Translations under genes and position numbers: made by a program
Source: Sedimentisphaerales bacterium
GTDB lineage: Bacteria; Planctomycetota; Phycisphaerae; Sedimentisphaerales; SM23-30
Direction: 5' to 3'
NCBI GenBank assembly: GCA_963663805.2
Contig: CAXXMR010000015.1
Coordinates: forward strand, 64,001-128,000
DNA length: 64,000 bases
Notes under the pieces: generated by a model
What the model was told of the DNA's origin: nothing
What the model saw: the letters and a program-made list of their open reading frames with translations, nothing else
Databases searched by the model: none
Shown: piece by piece, positions 22,366 through 33,166 of the stretch
Layout: every line of letters begins with the position of its first letter
Position numbering within the stretch: position 1 is the stretch's first letter

Positions 22366-22806
22366 TGTTATTCCAATCTCTTATTTGCTTCGACCTCATT
22401 AACCAGAACAATTTTATGAGAAATGATAAAAAAAAACAAGCAAAAAAGTGAGATGTTGCAAAAAACTACTTTTTTACACAAAAAACTATATTTCATTTAT
22501 ATAAAACCACTTACATAAATTAACCACCAGATATAACTACTATTGTTTTGGCAAAAGTTCACCAAAAAACGTCTTTAGGGGACTAAAAGTGCGATTATTT
22601 GCAAAATTTCTCAAAAATGTGGCCTTGCCTCGAAAACGCCAACTTCCTTTTTACTTACATTATTCCCAAAGCACCATGAGTGCGTCCGATAAAAGTATTC
22701 GACAACGCTTTTGGTAAGTATTTTGAAGTTTTTCTCTCAACCCTGCAAAAAGCAACGGTAAAAAAACATTTGGCTAAAGTATTACAAGATTTCTACTTTT
22801 CATCCT

Positions 22807-24780
22807 TTACGACTCCTGGAAATCCATAGCATAATCCATTTTATCCAGATGGCGATACCAGACAAAATAAAGGATGATAACACACAGCACAAAAATTCCG
22901 AATGTGACGGCAAAACTATACCAGAGGCGAAGAATAATCTGCATTGAACTGAGCATCAGAGTTACGTGAGCAATAAGACTAAAAGGTAAGGCCCATAAAT
23001 CCCTTTTGTGTTCCGAGCCACTGCAACGAAGACTGGATTCTGTCAGGCGGTTTTTAAACGGCCGCCATAAACCAAACGGTCGAACCTTCAGATAATAATT
23101 TTCGAGTACATCCGAAGCTGTCGGTTTGGTCATGAGTGTTGTTACCACAGAGAAAAACAATGTGGCTACAAAAATAATAATGTAAGCAATTTTCACATCC
23201 ATCTCCGGATACAAGGCTCGCTGAAATACTGCCGCAAAAGCACCGAACAGCAAACCGGCATTAAAGCCCCAGGCATTGAACCGCCACCAGAAATAACGCA
23301 GTGTTGATGGAACTACCATTCCCGTGCCCAGACTCATGACAATCCAGCCCCAGATGTCATTTATGTTGCGAACTGTAAATGCCATCAGAAAGCCCAGTGT
23401 CACCAGAACAACAATAAAAACATAGCTTGACAAAATTAGTTCTTTTATTTCCGCTTTGGGACGTATTAGATTCTGATAAATATCGCGGGTAAACAATCCC
23501 GCTGTCGCATTTACCGCTGAATCAAAAGAACTCATCGAGGCCGCGATAAGGGCGATCATTATTATGCCGCGCATACCCGGTGGTATCATATATTTCATCA
23601 CGGCAGGGATAATAGCTTCGCTGTTGATATTGCCGTAATAATCAAGCATAATAATACATTCCTGCCAGTTATCACCCAATAGACTCTGCAATAAAGACAC
23701 TAGTTCAGCATAATTTTCAGGATGCAGCGAGATACCACTGACCGCATCCGTCCAGTTCACATTGTTCACCTCAGGAAGATGGGTTTTAATCAGAACAGCG
23801 ATCTGGGAAAACTGGTCAAGATTAGCGAACATATTATTCACCAGAAACATTCCCAGCACCACAAAGGCAATCATAAGAGGCCATCGGACCACGAGAGTTA
23901 TAGCCCACATAATAGTCATTTTGCTGCAATCCTTGTCAGTCCGACAAGCGAGCTGCTTGGGGTCGGCCCCTGCCGGGGTTCCGAATATTACATTGTTCAG
24001 CAGCGCGAAAGCCGCCAACAATACAACGTATTGGTAAGTTTCATAACCAGAAGGCATCGACGCTTTGAGGGATGGCAGAGAACTAAACCATTCTGGATTA
24101 TTCGTGATTTTATAAACAATGGTCTCAAACTCACCGCCAAACAAAGTAAGTTTATTGACAGCCATAATGCAAATAAAGATAACACCTATTATGATAAGAA
24201 TCATTTGGATGACATCTGTGACTACTACGCCGTAAAAACCGGAAAAAATCGTATAAATCGTCACAATAGTTACAAAAAAGAGAGAGCAGGTAATTGGCGA
24301 ATATGGCAAAAACATAGACAAAAATACCCCCAGACCTTTTGCGATAAGAGACAATAGCCCAATAGTGGAAATAAAGCCCACTACCGCCGCCGAAACTCTC
24401 GACAACTGTGATGCACCATCACTTCCAAAACGAAATTTCAAAAATTCAGCCCCAGTGATACACCCGCTTCGCCTGTGCCATTTACCGCTCCAGACCATCA
24501 TAACTACCAGTACAAGACAAGCCCCACCCCTAAAAGCAATATACAAACCCTGCGGTCCCATATAATACAGAAATGACACAATTACCATCGAACCAGCCAA
24601 TGAAAGATAACTGGCCATTCCGGAAAAACCCATGACCCACCAGGGCATATTTCGCCCCCCAAGGAAATAATCTTCCAAGGATCCCGATGCCTTTTTTTTG
24701 AGATAAAACCCCATTCCCATTAAAATAACCAGATATATTACAAAAACCGTATAATCGAAAAGGTTAAAAAATGCTGACAT
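22807..24780 (-). CDS. Sodium:solute symporter family protein
   Basis: Motifs SLEDYFLGGRNMPWW, GVVVTDVIQ and AASMSSFDS; many TM segments. Confidence 0.92.
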   Translation of the reverse strand: MSAFFNLFDYTVFVIYLVILMGMGFYLKKKASGSLEDYFLGGRNMPWWVMGFSGMASYLSLAGSMVIVSFLYYMGPQGLYIAFRGGACLVLVVMMVWSGKWHRRSGCITGAEFLKFRFGSDGASQLSRVSAAVVGFISTIGLLSLIAKGLGVFLSMFLPYSPITCSLFFVTIVTIYTIFSGFYGVVVTDVIQMILIIIGVIFICIMAVNKLTLFGGEFETIVYKITNNPEWFSSLPSLKASMPSGYETYQYVVLLAAFALLNNVIFGTPAGADPKQLACRTDKDCSKMTIMWAITLVVRWPLMIAFVVLGMFLVNNMFANLDQFSQIAVLIKTHLPEVNNVNWTDAVSGISLHPENYAELVSLLQSLLGDNWQECIIMLDYYGNINSEAIIPAVMKYMIPPGMRGIIMIALIAASMSSFDSAVNATAGLFTRDIYQNLIRPKAEIKELILSSYVFIVVLVTLGFLMAFTVRNINDIWGWIVMSLGTGMVVPSTLRYFWWRFNAWGFNAGLLFGAFAAVFQRALYPEMDVKIAYIIIFVATLFFSVVTTLMTKPTASDVLENYYLKVRPFGLWRPFKNRLTESSLRCSGSEHKRDLWALPFSLIAHVTLMLSSMQIILRLWYSFAVTFGIFVLCVIILYFVWYRHLDKMDYAMDFQES

Positions 24781-24854
24781 ATTAGCTCCTGGAAGAAAAG
24801 ATATTTGAACAATATTCTATTGAAGTTTTTTTATTTGTTCATTTGGATGGGGCT

Positions 24855-25952
24855 TTAGTACATCATGTTTTCTCGATAAACTTCCAGCGCATAGTTTAAC
24901 GTATCTAGAGTAATGTTGGTTGAAATCGAATGATCTGAGCCGAAAATGTAACGGGAATTCAGATTTTTGATTCCTCTGGTTATACGTTCGACTTCTGTGC
25001 GAACCTGATTGCGGTCATTGGTTTCAAAAATTCGGACATCCATCCCGCCGACCAAGGCAATTCTGTCACCATAGTTTTTTGCGAAACGTAACACATCGCA
25101 ACCGGCCTTTACTTCCATAGCGTGCAGAGCATCAAAACCCACATCCACAATCATAGGTAATGCCGCCTCAATCCCGCCGCAAGTGTGCAGTATTACGGGC
25201 AAATCCAGCGCATGGAAGAATTCAGTCATTTCCGCATAATAGGGAAAAATGAGTTTCTTGAGCACGTCAGGCGAACAGAACAGGCCGTTCTTATAACCTA
25301 GGTCTTCACAAAGCATCACACCGTCCGGCTTGCCAACCAAGTCAAAAAGCAGTTGGAAATGATTTTTATAAAAATCAGTGTAAACCCGATTGAAGTCCCT
25401 GACCCACCCCGGATCACAAAGCAACGATTCGTACATGCAGATATCGCCCAGGCTCCCCCGCATCGTCTCCCAGACGTGTAGGCTGCCGGCGTACGCAAAG
25501 GTGTTGTTTTTTCGTCGATGTTTGAGCCAGTTATGATTATCATCCTTATTAACACGATTCGGATTAGTTTCCAGTAGATGTTCGCGATAATCACATTCCC
25601 AGACTTCCCGACTTGTCATGGAAAACTTCATGTGCTCAGGAGTACCCGGACGTTCTTTCCAATTTTTAAAATACGCTCCGGCACCGTCTTTGGTAATCTT
25701 CCATTCGTCAGACTCCTCGATCAACTCCGGCTCTATTACCAAAGGTGTAGACTGAAACCACGCTCCCATCCCACCCATATCCATCCTGAAATAGTCATAC
25801 GGATCCCGCGGCTCACCCTTATCATCTACCGGATAGCCTTCTTCATCCCGCCACTTCTTAAGCGTCTGCGGCCAAAAAAAATCAAACAAACCTATGCGGT
25901 CCGGTGAACCACCACGCAAAATATTATCAATCACATCTTTTGATGTTTGCAC
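24855..25952 (-). CDS. Uroporphyrinogen decarboxylase (URO-D/MtaA-like) family protein
   Basis: Motifs EDLGYKNGLFCSP, ILHTCG, LVGGMD and YIFGSDHSI. Confidence 0.85.
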   Translation of the reverse strand: MQTSKDVIDNILRGGSPDRIGLFDFFWPQTLKKWRDEEGYPVDDKGEPRDPYDYFRMDMGGMGAWFQSTPLVIEPELIEESDEWKITKDGAGAYFKNWKERPGTPEHMKFSMTSREVWECDYREHLLETNPNRVNKDDNHNWLKHRRKNNTFAYAGSLHVWETMRGSLGDICMYESLLCDPGWVRDFNRVYTDFYKNHFQLLFDLVGKPDGVMLCEDLGYKNGLFCSPDVLKKLIFPYYAEMTEFFHALDLPVILHTCGGIEAALPMIVDVGFDALHAMEVKAGCDVLRFAKNYGDRIALVGGMDVRIFETNDRNQVRTEVERITRGIKNLNSRYIFGSDHSISTNITLDTLNYALEVYRENMMY

Positions 25953-26102
25953 CTTTTCACCTCACCAGTCCTCAAATAAAACCGCCTCTTCAAAAAGCGA
26001 CGCAAACCGTATTTTGAAAAAATTAAGTCTAGTCGCGTTTTTTGCCACAAAATCATGCTTTGAGGCAAACACCTACATTTTTCAAAAAAAGTTTTTGGGG
26101 CC

Positions 26103-29039
26103 TTAGTTTTGGCTCACAGATGACCAGGTTCTAAGTTTGCAATTATACAAAACAAATCCTTCTTGAGGCCCATACGGACAATTGCCCAGGCGCACATACA
26201 GATCATTCGAGTCAAAAACTCCGTACGCCGTCATCCTTCTAAGAAACGCGTTTTTATCTCGGTAGAAACGCTGGTTGCCATTATTGGAGAATTTCACATA
26301 AACTGAGCCGTCCTCATTAAGGTATTTAGTGACATCTATGATCTTGAGCCAAGCGGCGTCCGCGGTGCGGCCTCCCTCACGGGTCAATTCATCGTTTTCA
26401 TTGAGCTCCTGATGCCAGGACGAGCCATCTGTAGAAATCTCGACCTTATAACCATTGCCGGTTACCAGTTCCAGATGGCATTCGACAACTTCGGGCAAAG
26501 ACAGCTTATAGATAAAGTATCCATTTTCGCTAACATATCGACAATGATCTCTGTGAACCTGTGAGCCTTTATGGTCGGCGATTATATGGTTGTCATTGGG
26601 AGGAGTAATAACCATCATTTTCAATAATTCATCTGAATTACCCACCAGAAAAGAAAGATCCACGGAATCCCAAACCGCTTCCGGAGACCAAGTATTGAGT
26701 CGCTGATACCATCTTTCTCCGTCAGGGGATACTTCCAGGGTATAGCTATTGCCGCGGCATTTTAAATCAAAAGCAGCCCCGGCAGGATTATCAACCTCAA
26801 ATTTATAAATCAGGGACTCGTCATCACGATTGAATTTCCGAGCATTGTCAACCAGATTTCCAGCGTCTTTGAGCAGGTGGAGTTTTTCCGTTTCACTGCC
26901 GGGCAATAAAGATATTTCCCGAACATCATAAAGCCTGACGGGTGTTCCCGAGACCATACGCAATTTATCCCTGCTGTGGGGCAGAAAAGGGTTATCCACT
27001 AATGGTTCCTGGGTGACTGTAATATTGCCCTGGGCATTATAGACGGGAAATGAAGCCAGAGGCAGAAAGGTTTTGGTTTTCTGGGGGATATTTAAACCTC
27101 TAAGGCAATAGCCTATGAAATTGGGCTGAGCGTCATCCTGAGCCCATGGTCCGGCACCGGCATCGTTCCAGAGATCCTTGAGATGAATATTGGGGTCACT
27201 ACCGCCCATACCACCGCTGGGAACGTCCAGATTCAAAAGTATTTTCGATTTGTCAAGCATTCCGGCATGTCCCCAGGCTCCCAAAGGCAGTGAGCCAAAA
27301 TAGGTATCGCTGGCACCACCGGGTGCGCCAATGAGCTCACCATTGCGATATATACCTTTTTCATCGATGTCATAGACCTCCAGCCCTCTTTCCCAGGCCT
27401 GAAAATAATCTTCACGTCCGGTAGCTTCATAAGCGAGCCAGAGAGATCGCAGGGCATAAAAATGTCGCCAACCGTCAACCCAACCCTTTCCGTCATACGA
27501 TGATTCCTTCGACAACATGCGTTGAGTTACTTTATCCAGCCAGGGAAGATATTTATCTATCATCCGCTGATCTTTGAGCAGTTTGGCTGTTCTAATCATC
27601 CATGCAGCGGCCCGAACCTCGCTGAAAACCCGGTGTTCCAGCCTCATGCCATCCCGCTCTGCAAAGAGCAGGGCGTCCACAGCACGCTGGGCCTGAAGCA
27701 GGGAAGTCTGGGCAAGCGGTTCGTTATATTTAGTCAGCAGATAGGCCGATGCGGCCAGTCCCGCAGGGATGCTGTCCTGCAGCTGCATGGAAGGAAAACC
27801 GTTGTGCATTAGTTTACCGGTTTTCAGAAAACTCTCGGCATTACTGAACACATAATCCATATCCTTATTGTTAATCCAGTCGAATGGAAAAAGCCAAACC
27901 TTACCTGCTGCTTTATTATTTTTACGCGGATACGACAAGTTGATCTGGTTGTATCCATCCTGAGCCAATGCTTCCATTCGAACCGGTTGTTCGTCAAATA
28001 TCACCAGAATAGCTAAGGAATAGCCTGGGCCTGTCCAGTTTACGTCTTTTCTCAAAACAAAATAAGGAAAATCAACCTTGTCAAATATCTGGTCGCCATC
28101 AGCTTTGCTACTAAAAACAGTCTTACGGTTGGGCAGTTGTATGAATGTTTCGGCATCCTTCCAAGTGCTGCCGAAAAGTACCATGTGGTCACCCAGGGTT
28201 ATATCCAGCATTTCGGCATCAGGCGATTCAAAAGCGAATTCAAGCGGTTTGTCTTCATTGCTGAACCAGTATTTGCCGGCAAAATCGACCTTTATATCAT
28301 CTTTATTAAAGTGGCGTTGGAACACAAAAGGTGACTCGTTCCAATATCTTGAGATACCGGCCTTATTGATTACGATGCCGTTTTTATCAGTTTCATTTCG
28401 GGCCAGTGCTGTGGTCCCGGCCCCCTCAGGCTCATCAGTATAATTGAAATCATCAATATTGAAACATCCGCCCGACTGGTTCAATCTGAAACCTACTTTA
28501 AGATAGCCCATTACATTATCCCCCCAAGTTGACAGGCGTAACTTCGATGTGTTCTCATCTTCGAAAATCAGAAAAGTCTTTCCGTCGTTTCTGTGCCTGA
28601 AACTGTAATAAGCCTTTGTTCCGGGATAGCGTGCTGACATTAAGCCCTTGGCTAATCTTCTGATAAGTTCCAGTCGGACTACCGGTGAATACTGGTCTTC
28701 ATATACCAGGCCTTCGAGAAGCCTGGCATTATCGTCCGGAAATTGAAGGTGCCAGGCATCCCAGGACGGGATGTCAAAATTAAGGTGAGTGTAGCTGACA
28801 AGATTTACCCGTTTGTCTAGCAGGTTTTCACAGTAATTGGTTGCCAGGCCATTCATTTCCATGAGGTCATAGGGTGCAAATAGACGACGCAGGTTTTTCT
28901 GCGGACCTAACGGTTCAACTCCTCCAAACCAAGCTTGTGAACAAGAACATAAACACGCGACCAGCAAAACCAAAAAACGTCTCATAATTTGCCTTTCTAA
29001 ACTGTTTGTGCTGATTCGTATGGTAAAATACCTATACAT
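26103..29039 (-). CDS. Large secreted hypothetical protein, possibly carbohydrate-active
   Basis: Long ORF; signal peptide from MRRFLVLLVACLC; helical LWLAYEATGREDY segment; sits in the sugar-use cluster. Confidence 0.6.
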   Translation of the reverse strand: MYRYFTIRISTNSLERQIMRRFLVLLVACLCSCSQAWFGGVEPLGPQKNLRRLFAPYDLMEMNGLATNYCENLLDKRVNLVSYTHLNFDIPSWDAWHLQFPDDNARLLEGLVYEDQYSPVVRLELIRRLAKGLMSARYPGTKAYYSFRHRNDGKTFLIFEDENTSKLRLSTWGDNVMGYLKVGFRLNQSGGCFNIDDFNYTDEPEGAGTTALARNETDKNGIVINKAGISRYWNESPFVFQRHFNKDDIKVDFAGKYWFSNEDKPLEFAFESPDAEMLDITLGDHMVLFGSTWKDAETFIQLPNRKTVFSSKADGDQIFDKVDFPYFVLRKDVNWTGPGYSLAILVIFDEQPVRMEALAQDGYNQINLSYPRKNNKAAGKVWLFPFDWINNKDMDYVFSNAESFLKTGKLMHNGFPSMQLQDSIPAGLAASAYLLTKYNEPLAQTSLLQAQRAVDALLFAERDGMRLEHRVFSEVRAAAWMIRTAKLLKDQRMIDKYLPWLDKVTQRMLSKESSYDGKGWVDGWRHFYALRSLWLAYEATGREDYFQAWERGLEVYDIDEKGIYRNGELIGAPGGASDTYFGSLPLGAWGHAGMLDKSKILLNLDVPSGGMGGSDPNIHLKDLWNDAGAGPWAQDDAQPNFIGYCLRGLNIPQKTKTFLPLASFPVYNAQGNITVTQEPLVDNPFLPHSRDKLRMVSGTPVRLYDVREISLLPGSETEKLHLLKDAGNLVDNARKFNRDDESLIYKFEVDNPAGAAFDLKCRGNSYTLEVSPDGERWYQRLNTWSPEAVWDSVDLSFLVGNSDELLKMMVITPPNDNHIIADHKGSQVHRDHCRYVSENGYFIYKLSLPEVVECHLELVTGNGYKVEISTDGSSWHQELNENDELTREGGRTADAAWLKIIDVTKYLNEDGSVYVKFSNNGNQRFYRDKNAFLRRMTAYGVFDSNDLYVRLGNCPYGPQEGFVLYNCKLRTWSSVSQN

Positions 29040-29348
29040 CCAACAAAAAATACGCTTTTCCGTACTGCATCTTTATTTTCTGAATCAAACGTTGGAATAC
29101 CTCCGGGTTCTTGTCTTAAGACCAACATTCGGCCGCTATGCTACATAATAACAATCGATAAGGCAAGGGCTAAATTTAAAAAAACAGAGTAAAATATAAC
29201 CAAAAAGATAATTACTACTAGTTTGTCTTTAACGCAATACCTTATTTTTAAAGAACTTACACTCAGATCCAGAATTAAATATATTTTTTTATTAAAATAT
29301 CTGAAGGATCTTCGTGACGAAAATTACAGTTTATGTTTGACTACAAAG

Positions 29349-30265
29349 TGTAGTTGTCAACCGAACGTAATACCGCTTTAACGCGGCTGAAATTTGACAA
29401 TTTTGCTCTTTGAAAAGTTTATATGAGTTCAGATTCAGAGTTGTCGAAGAACACTGACGTGTTGTCAATTGACCAGACATGGTTGGGATACCAAGCAGGA
29501 ATAGAACGAACTTTCACTTGTTCTTTAATTTTCTGTTTACTCGGAGGATTTTTCGGTTTTCTAGGCTGAGGACGATTGAGGATATTTCTGACGGTGGATG
29601 CTGAAATAAAAACTTTCAGCAAGGCCAGTTGGCTGGCTATCCTCATTCTGCCCCAGTTGGTATTATTCTTAGCAATCTCCCAGGCTAATGCGGCGATCTC
29701 GGCAGGCGTTTTGTTAGCGGGAGTCCTATGTTTGACTTGGGTTTCAATATTGCGCATCCAGCGATAGTAAGTTGATTTGGCGATGCCGACATACTCAGAG
29801 AGCTTGTTCCTGGGAATCTGAAAAGTTTCGACGTAATTCAGGATGAACAATTTCTCGTCAAGCGTATAGCGTTTGTTGGTGTCTTTTTTCTTCAAGCCTT
29901 TCTGTAATATGCTGATTTGAATGGCCTGCTGGTAAACTTTGTCACGAAGAAAGAATATTTCCTTATCCTTTTCGTCAATATCCATTTGGGCTACTCGCTT
30001 CAGTTGGCGTTTTCTGGCTCGGCCTGAAAACTGAGCGGCTAAAACTACGGCCTTGATGAGATAGGAAATAACAGTGCTGAGAGTCTCGATGTTGTGATAC
30101 ATGCTTTCCACTTTGGCTGTTTGATATTGATCGCTTTTAAACACCTATATAAATATATTATATGTTTCAACAGCAAAATAGCAAGCCCCCCTACCACCCT
30201 GACAGATCAAGCAATGGATAGCTTGCGACAGGTCGGTTAGAATCCCATTGCAAATCACCAACCCG
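29349..30265 (-). mobile_element. Second, uninterrupted copy of the truncated rve-integrase element
   Basis: Starts TGTAGTTGTCAACCGAACG; 29413-30265 matches 4085-4937. Confidence 0.8.
29419..30144 (-). pseudogene. Truncated HTH + rve integrase/transposase, copy 2
   Basis: Protein identical to 4091-4816. Confidence 0.75.
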
Positions 30266-30494
30266 TCTCGTACCATTGAAAACCAAGCCCAAACTACCGG
30301 TTTGACAGCCCAACACATGATTATGGAGTAGAGAATCGTGTTTGCGAGAAAAACCTTGTTTATGAGATTGAAAGCGGGTTTTCAGCGACGTTCCAAAAGT
30401 CATCCTCCGCTGATTTTAACTAAAATCGTATGTTTTTGGGGGCTGTTTTGCAAGTAAATATTGCCCGGAATTTCATCTGATATATAATGCCCCC

Positions 30495-31607
30495 ATGATA
30501 CGAAAAACATACACATATTTCACAGCCCTGATAGCTGGCCTCAGCGATAAGGCGGCCCGAGATGCCTTGCTCAAACAGCAGCAATCACTGGACTATTGCC
30601 AGGAGGAAGTCCGGATACTTCGGGAAGTCCTTCGGGACGAGTATGACTGTAAGCGGCTTCTCCTTAATGATTCGCAGAAGCGGAGGCTGGCGGTCAAGGC
30701 TAAACCTTTGGGCAGGCACATTTTAGGGAAAATCACGAAGACATTTCAGCCTGACACGTTGCTTCAATGGTATCGTGATCTCGCAGCCAAGAAATACGAC
30801 AGCTCCAGCAGTGGCCGCCGCAAATCTGGGCGTCCTAGAGTTTCATCGGAGATCATTGAGCAGGTGCTTCGCATGGCCAAAGCCAATCCTTCCTGGGGCT
30901 ATGATCGTATTAGGGGTGTTTTGGCCCACGTTGGCCTGGAGGTGGGGCGAACAACCATCAAACGCATTCTGGATGATCATGGCATTGTTCCTGATCCTGA
31001 GCAAAAAAGACGTGTGCAATGGAAGGAATTCCTGAGCTCGCACATGCATGTCATAGCGGCCACGGATTTCTTTTGCACTGAGGTGATGACGAAATTCGGC
31101 CTGGTCCGCTACATGGTACTTTTCGTGATTGATATCTCTACCCGCAGGGTGGAAATTGCGGGTATCTCAGCCAATCCTGACGGTGAGTGGATGAAACAGA
31201 TGGCCCGAAATCTTACCGATTGCTTTGATGGCTTCCTTAACGGGAAGCGTTACTTGATTCACGATCGTGATTCGCTGTTTACCAAAGATTTTAAGGAAAT
31301 CCTGAAATCTATCGACGTGGCGACAATCAAGCTTCCCCCCTTCTCACCAAATTTGAATTCCTTCGCCGAACGCTACGTGCAAACTGTAAAATTTGAGTAT
31401 TTGGACAAAATGATTTTCACTAGCGAAGAGCAGTTAAGATATGTACTTTCTGAGTTCGATACGCATTATCATCGCGAGAGACCGCACATGGGGCTGGACA
31501 ACAAGATCATCGATCCCTGGCCACAAGATGAAGAAGGTGAGATAGTAGAATTCCGACGATTAGGTGGCCTGTTAAAGTCGTACCGGCGAGTAAAAAAGGC
31601 CGCTTAA
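30495..31607 (+). CDS. Integrase core (rve, DDE) transposase
   Basis: Motifs ANPSWGYDRI, ATDFF, LIHDRD, SPNLNSFAERYV and HYHRERPHMGL; flanked by perfect 21-bp IRs at 30384-30404 and 31615-31635. Confidence 0.9.
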   Translation: MIRKTYTYFTALIAGLSDKAARDALLKQQQSLDYCQEEVRILREVLRDEYDCKRLLLNDSQKRRLAVKAKPLGRHILGKITKTFQPDTLLQWYRDLAAKKYDSSSSGRRKSGRPRVSSEIIEQVLRMAKANPSWGYDRIRGVLAHVGLEVGRTTIKRILDDHGIVPDPEQKRRVQWKEFLSSHMHVIAATDFFCTEVMTKFGLVRYMVLFVIDISTRRVEIAGISANPDGEWMKQMARNLTDCFDGFLNGKRYLIHDRDSLFTKDFKEILKSIDVATIKLPPFSPNLNSFAERYVQTVKFEYLDKMIFTSEEQLRYVLSEFDTHYHRERPHMGLDNKIIDPWPQDEEGEIVEFRRLGGLLKSYRRVKKAA

Positions 31608-32003
31608 GGGCAAAGATGACTTTTGGAACGTCGCTAAGGAACGCCAAATAGCAGCGTTTAATTGCGGAAAAGTCCGGCCCAGAAAATTTGGCTGATTGAG
31701 AGCAGTAAAATGGCCGAAAATTCAACCGAAATAATGCTTGGATCGAAGCAGATGCGCTCTCTGTTTTAACAAAGGGCAGCGACAATATGGAAGGTCGGAT
31801 GAAAATTTCGACACTGATAAATTTGGTGAATATTGATTATCGAATAATCAAAAAAATACCACAAAACACCTTGCCGCCATAACCATTGACGGCACAATCA
31901 TTTATAAAACAGAGAGCACAGACTTTTTCCGCACCCTCCGGGGTCCCGAGTTGGACACATCGCTGTTAAGCGTTTTAGAATTTCCGAAAATCGAATGGTA
32001 CGG

Positions 32004-32414
32004 ATCGGCAAATGGGTAGTCATCAGAGACAACGCCCTAAACCGCGGGTATTACTACGCCGCCCTGAAAAACAATAAAAACGACTATTATCCACCCGCCT
32101 GGCAGACCAATCTTTACGGCGATGCCATGCCCGCCGCCGGCGAACTGCCCGACAGCAGAGTTTTCATTATCGGCAACAGTCGCGACCGCCAAAATATGTT
32201 CATAACCATTTCCAACGACGGCATAACCTTCAACAAATCATGGCTCCTACTCCATATCGCCCACCAGCCCCTCAGCGGCATAGGCAAAAGCACAACCCCT
32301 AGTGGTCCCCAATATTTCAAAACTGCCCTCGTCAAAAACAACCTCTGGGTAGTATACAGCATCGCCAAAGAAAAGATCGGAGTAACCAGAGTCCCCATAG
32401 GTCTGCTAAACTAA
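32004..32414 (+). pseudogene. C-terminal fragment of a sialidase/BNR-like beta-propeller protein
   Basis: Asp-box-like ITISNDGITF and LWVVYSIAKE; the 5' end is replaced by an element terminus. Confidence 0.55.
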
Positions 32415-32432
32415 TGCACAACTGGGAAAGAA

Positions 32433-33104
32433 TTATTCATTAATCTCACGCTTCATCTTCTCTAACCGACGTTCAACCTCGTCTGAATGTTGAAGATTTT
32501 CCAACTTTTCTTCCAGCAGTACAGTATCCATATTCCCACCTAGAATCTGGTTCTGTGCTTCCATCTCATCAACCTTATCCTCCATACGAATAACCAAATC
32601 CATAATTTCCTGACCGGCCTTCAGGGAAAATTCTTGTGACTGCTCAAGCATTTTCTGCACAGCTTTGACTGAAACATGACGGTTTTTTACATCTCGAACC
32701 CGCTCCCTCAGCTTCTGCAGGTTCTTCTGAAGCTGTTTGCGAACATCATGTGCATTCAAATAAGCTTTACGAGTTCCTTCGTGACCTTTTTCGATCTTCG
32801 CTAATTGTTCTTCCGTCTCAACCTGTGCTGCCAGTGCCTGCCGTGCGGTTTCTTCATCACCATCGCGCAATGCCAACTCAGCACCTTTTTTTAGGCGCAG
32901 CAAACGCCCTGCCCCCTCATCAACTCGTCGTTGCGAAGCCTTCAAAGCCGTCAATGACTTTGTTTCAGCATTTACAGCTTCTTTGAGTTTGTCTGCCAAC
33001 TCTCGCTGTAATTGCGGCAATACTATTTCTGGCTGCTCAAGCGAGTCGAGAAAAGCCTCGATTTTCGCCATGGTGATTCGCTTCAAGCGATCTATCTTAC
33101 CCAT
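32433..33104 (-). CDS. PspA/IM30 family protein (paralog 3)
   Basis: MGKIDRLKRITMAKIEAFLDSLEQPE and AELALRDGDEETARQAL; coiled coil. Confidence 0.88.
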   Translation of the reverse strand: MGKIDRLKRITMAKIEAFLDSLEQPEIVLPQLQRELADKLKEAVNAETKSLTALKASQRRVDEGAGRLLRLKKGAELALRDGDEETARQALAAQVETEEQLAKIEKGHEGTRKAYLNAHDVRKQLQKNLQKLRERVRDVKNRHVSVKAVQKMLEQSQEFSLKAGQEIMDLVIRMEDKVDEMEAQNQILGGNMDTVLLEEKLENLQHSDEVERRLEKMKREINE

Positions 33105-33166
33105 TACGGCACATCCATTTTTTGTTCTACGACAGATGTATCATCTGCCAAAAGTATTTCATGTCA

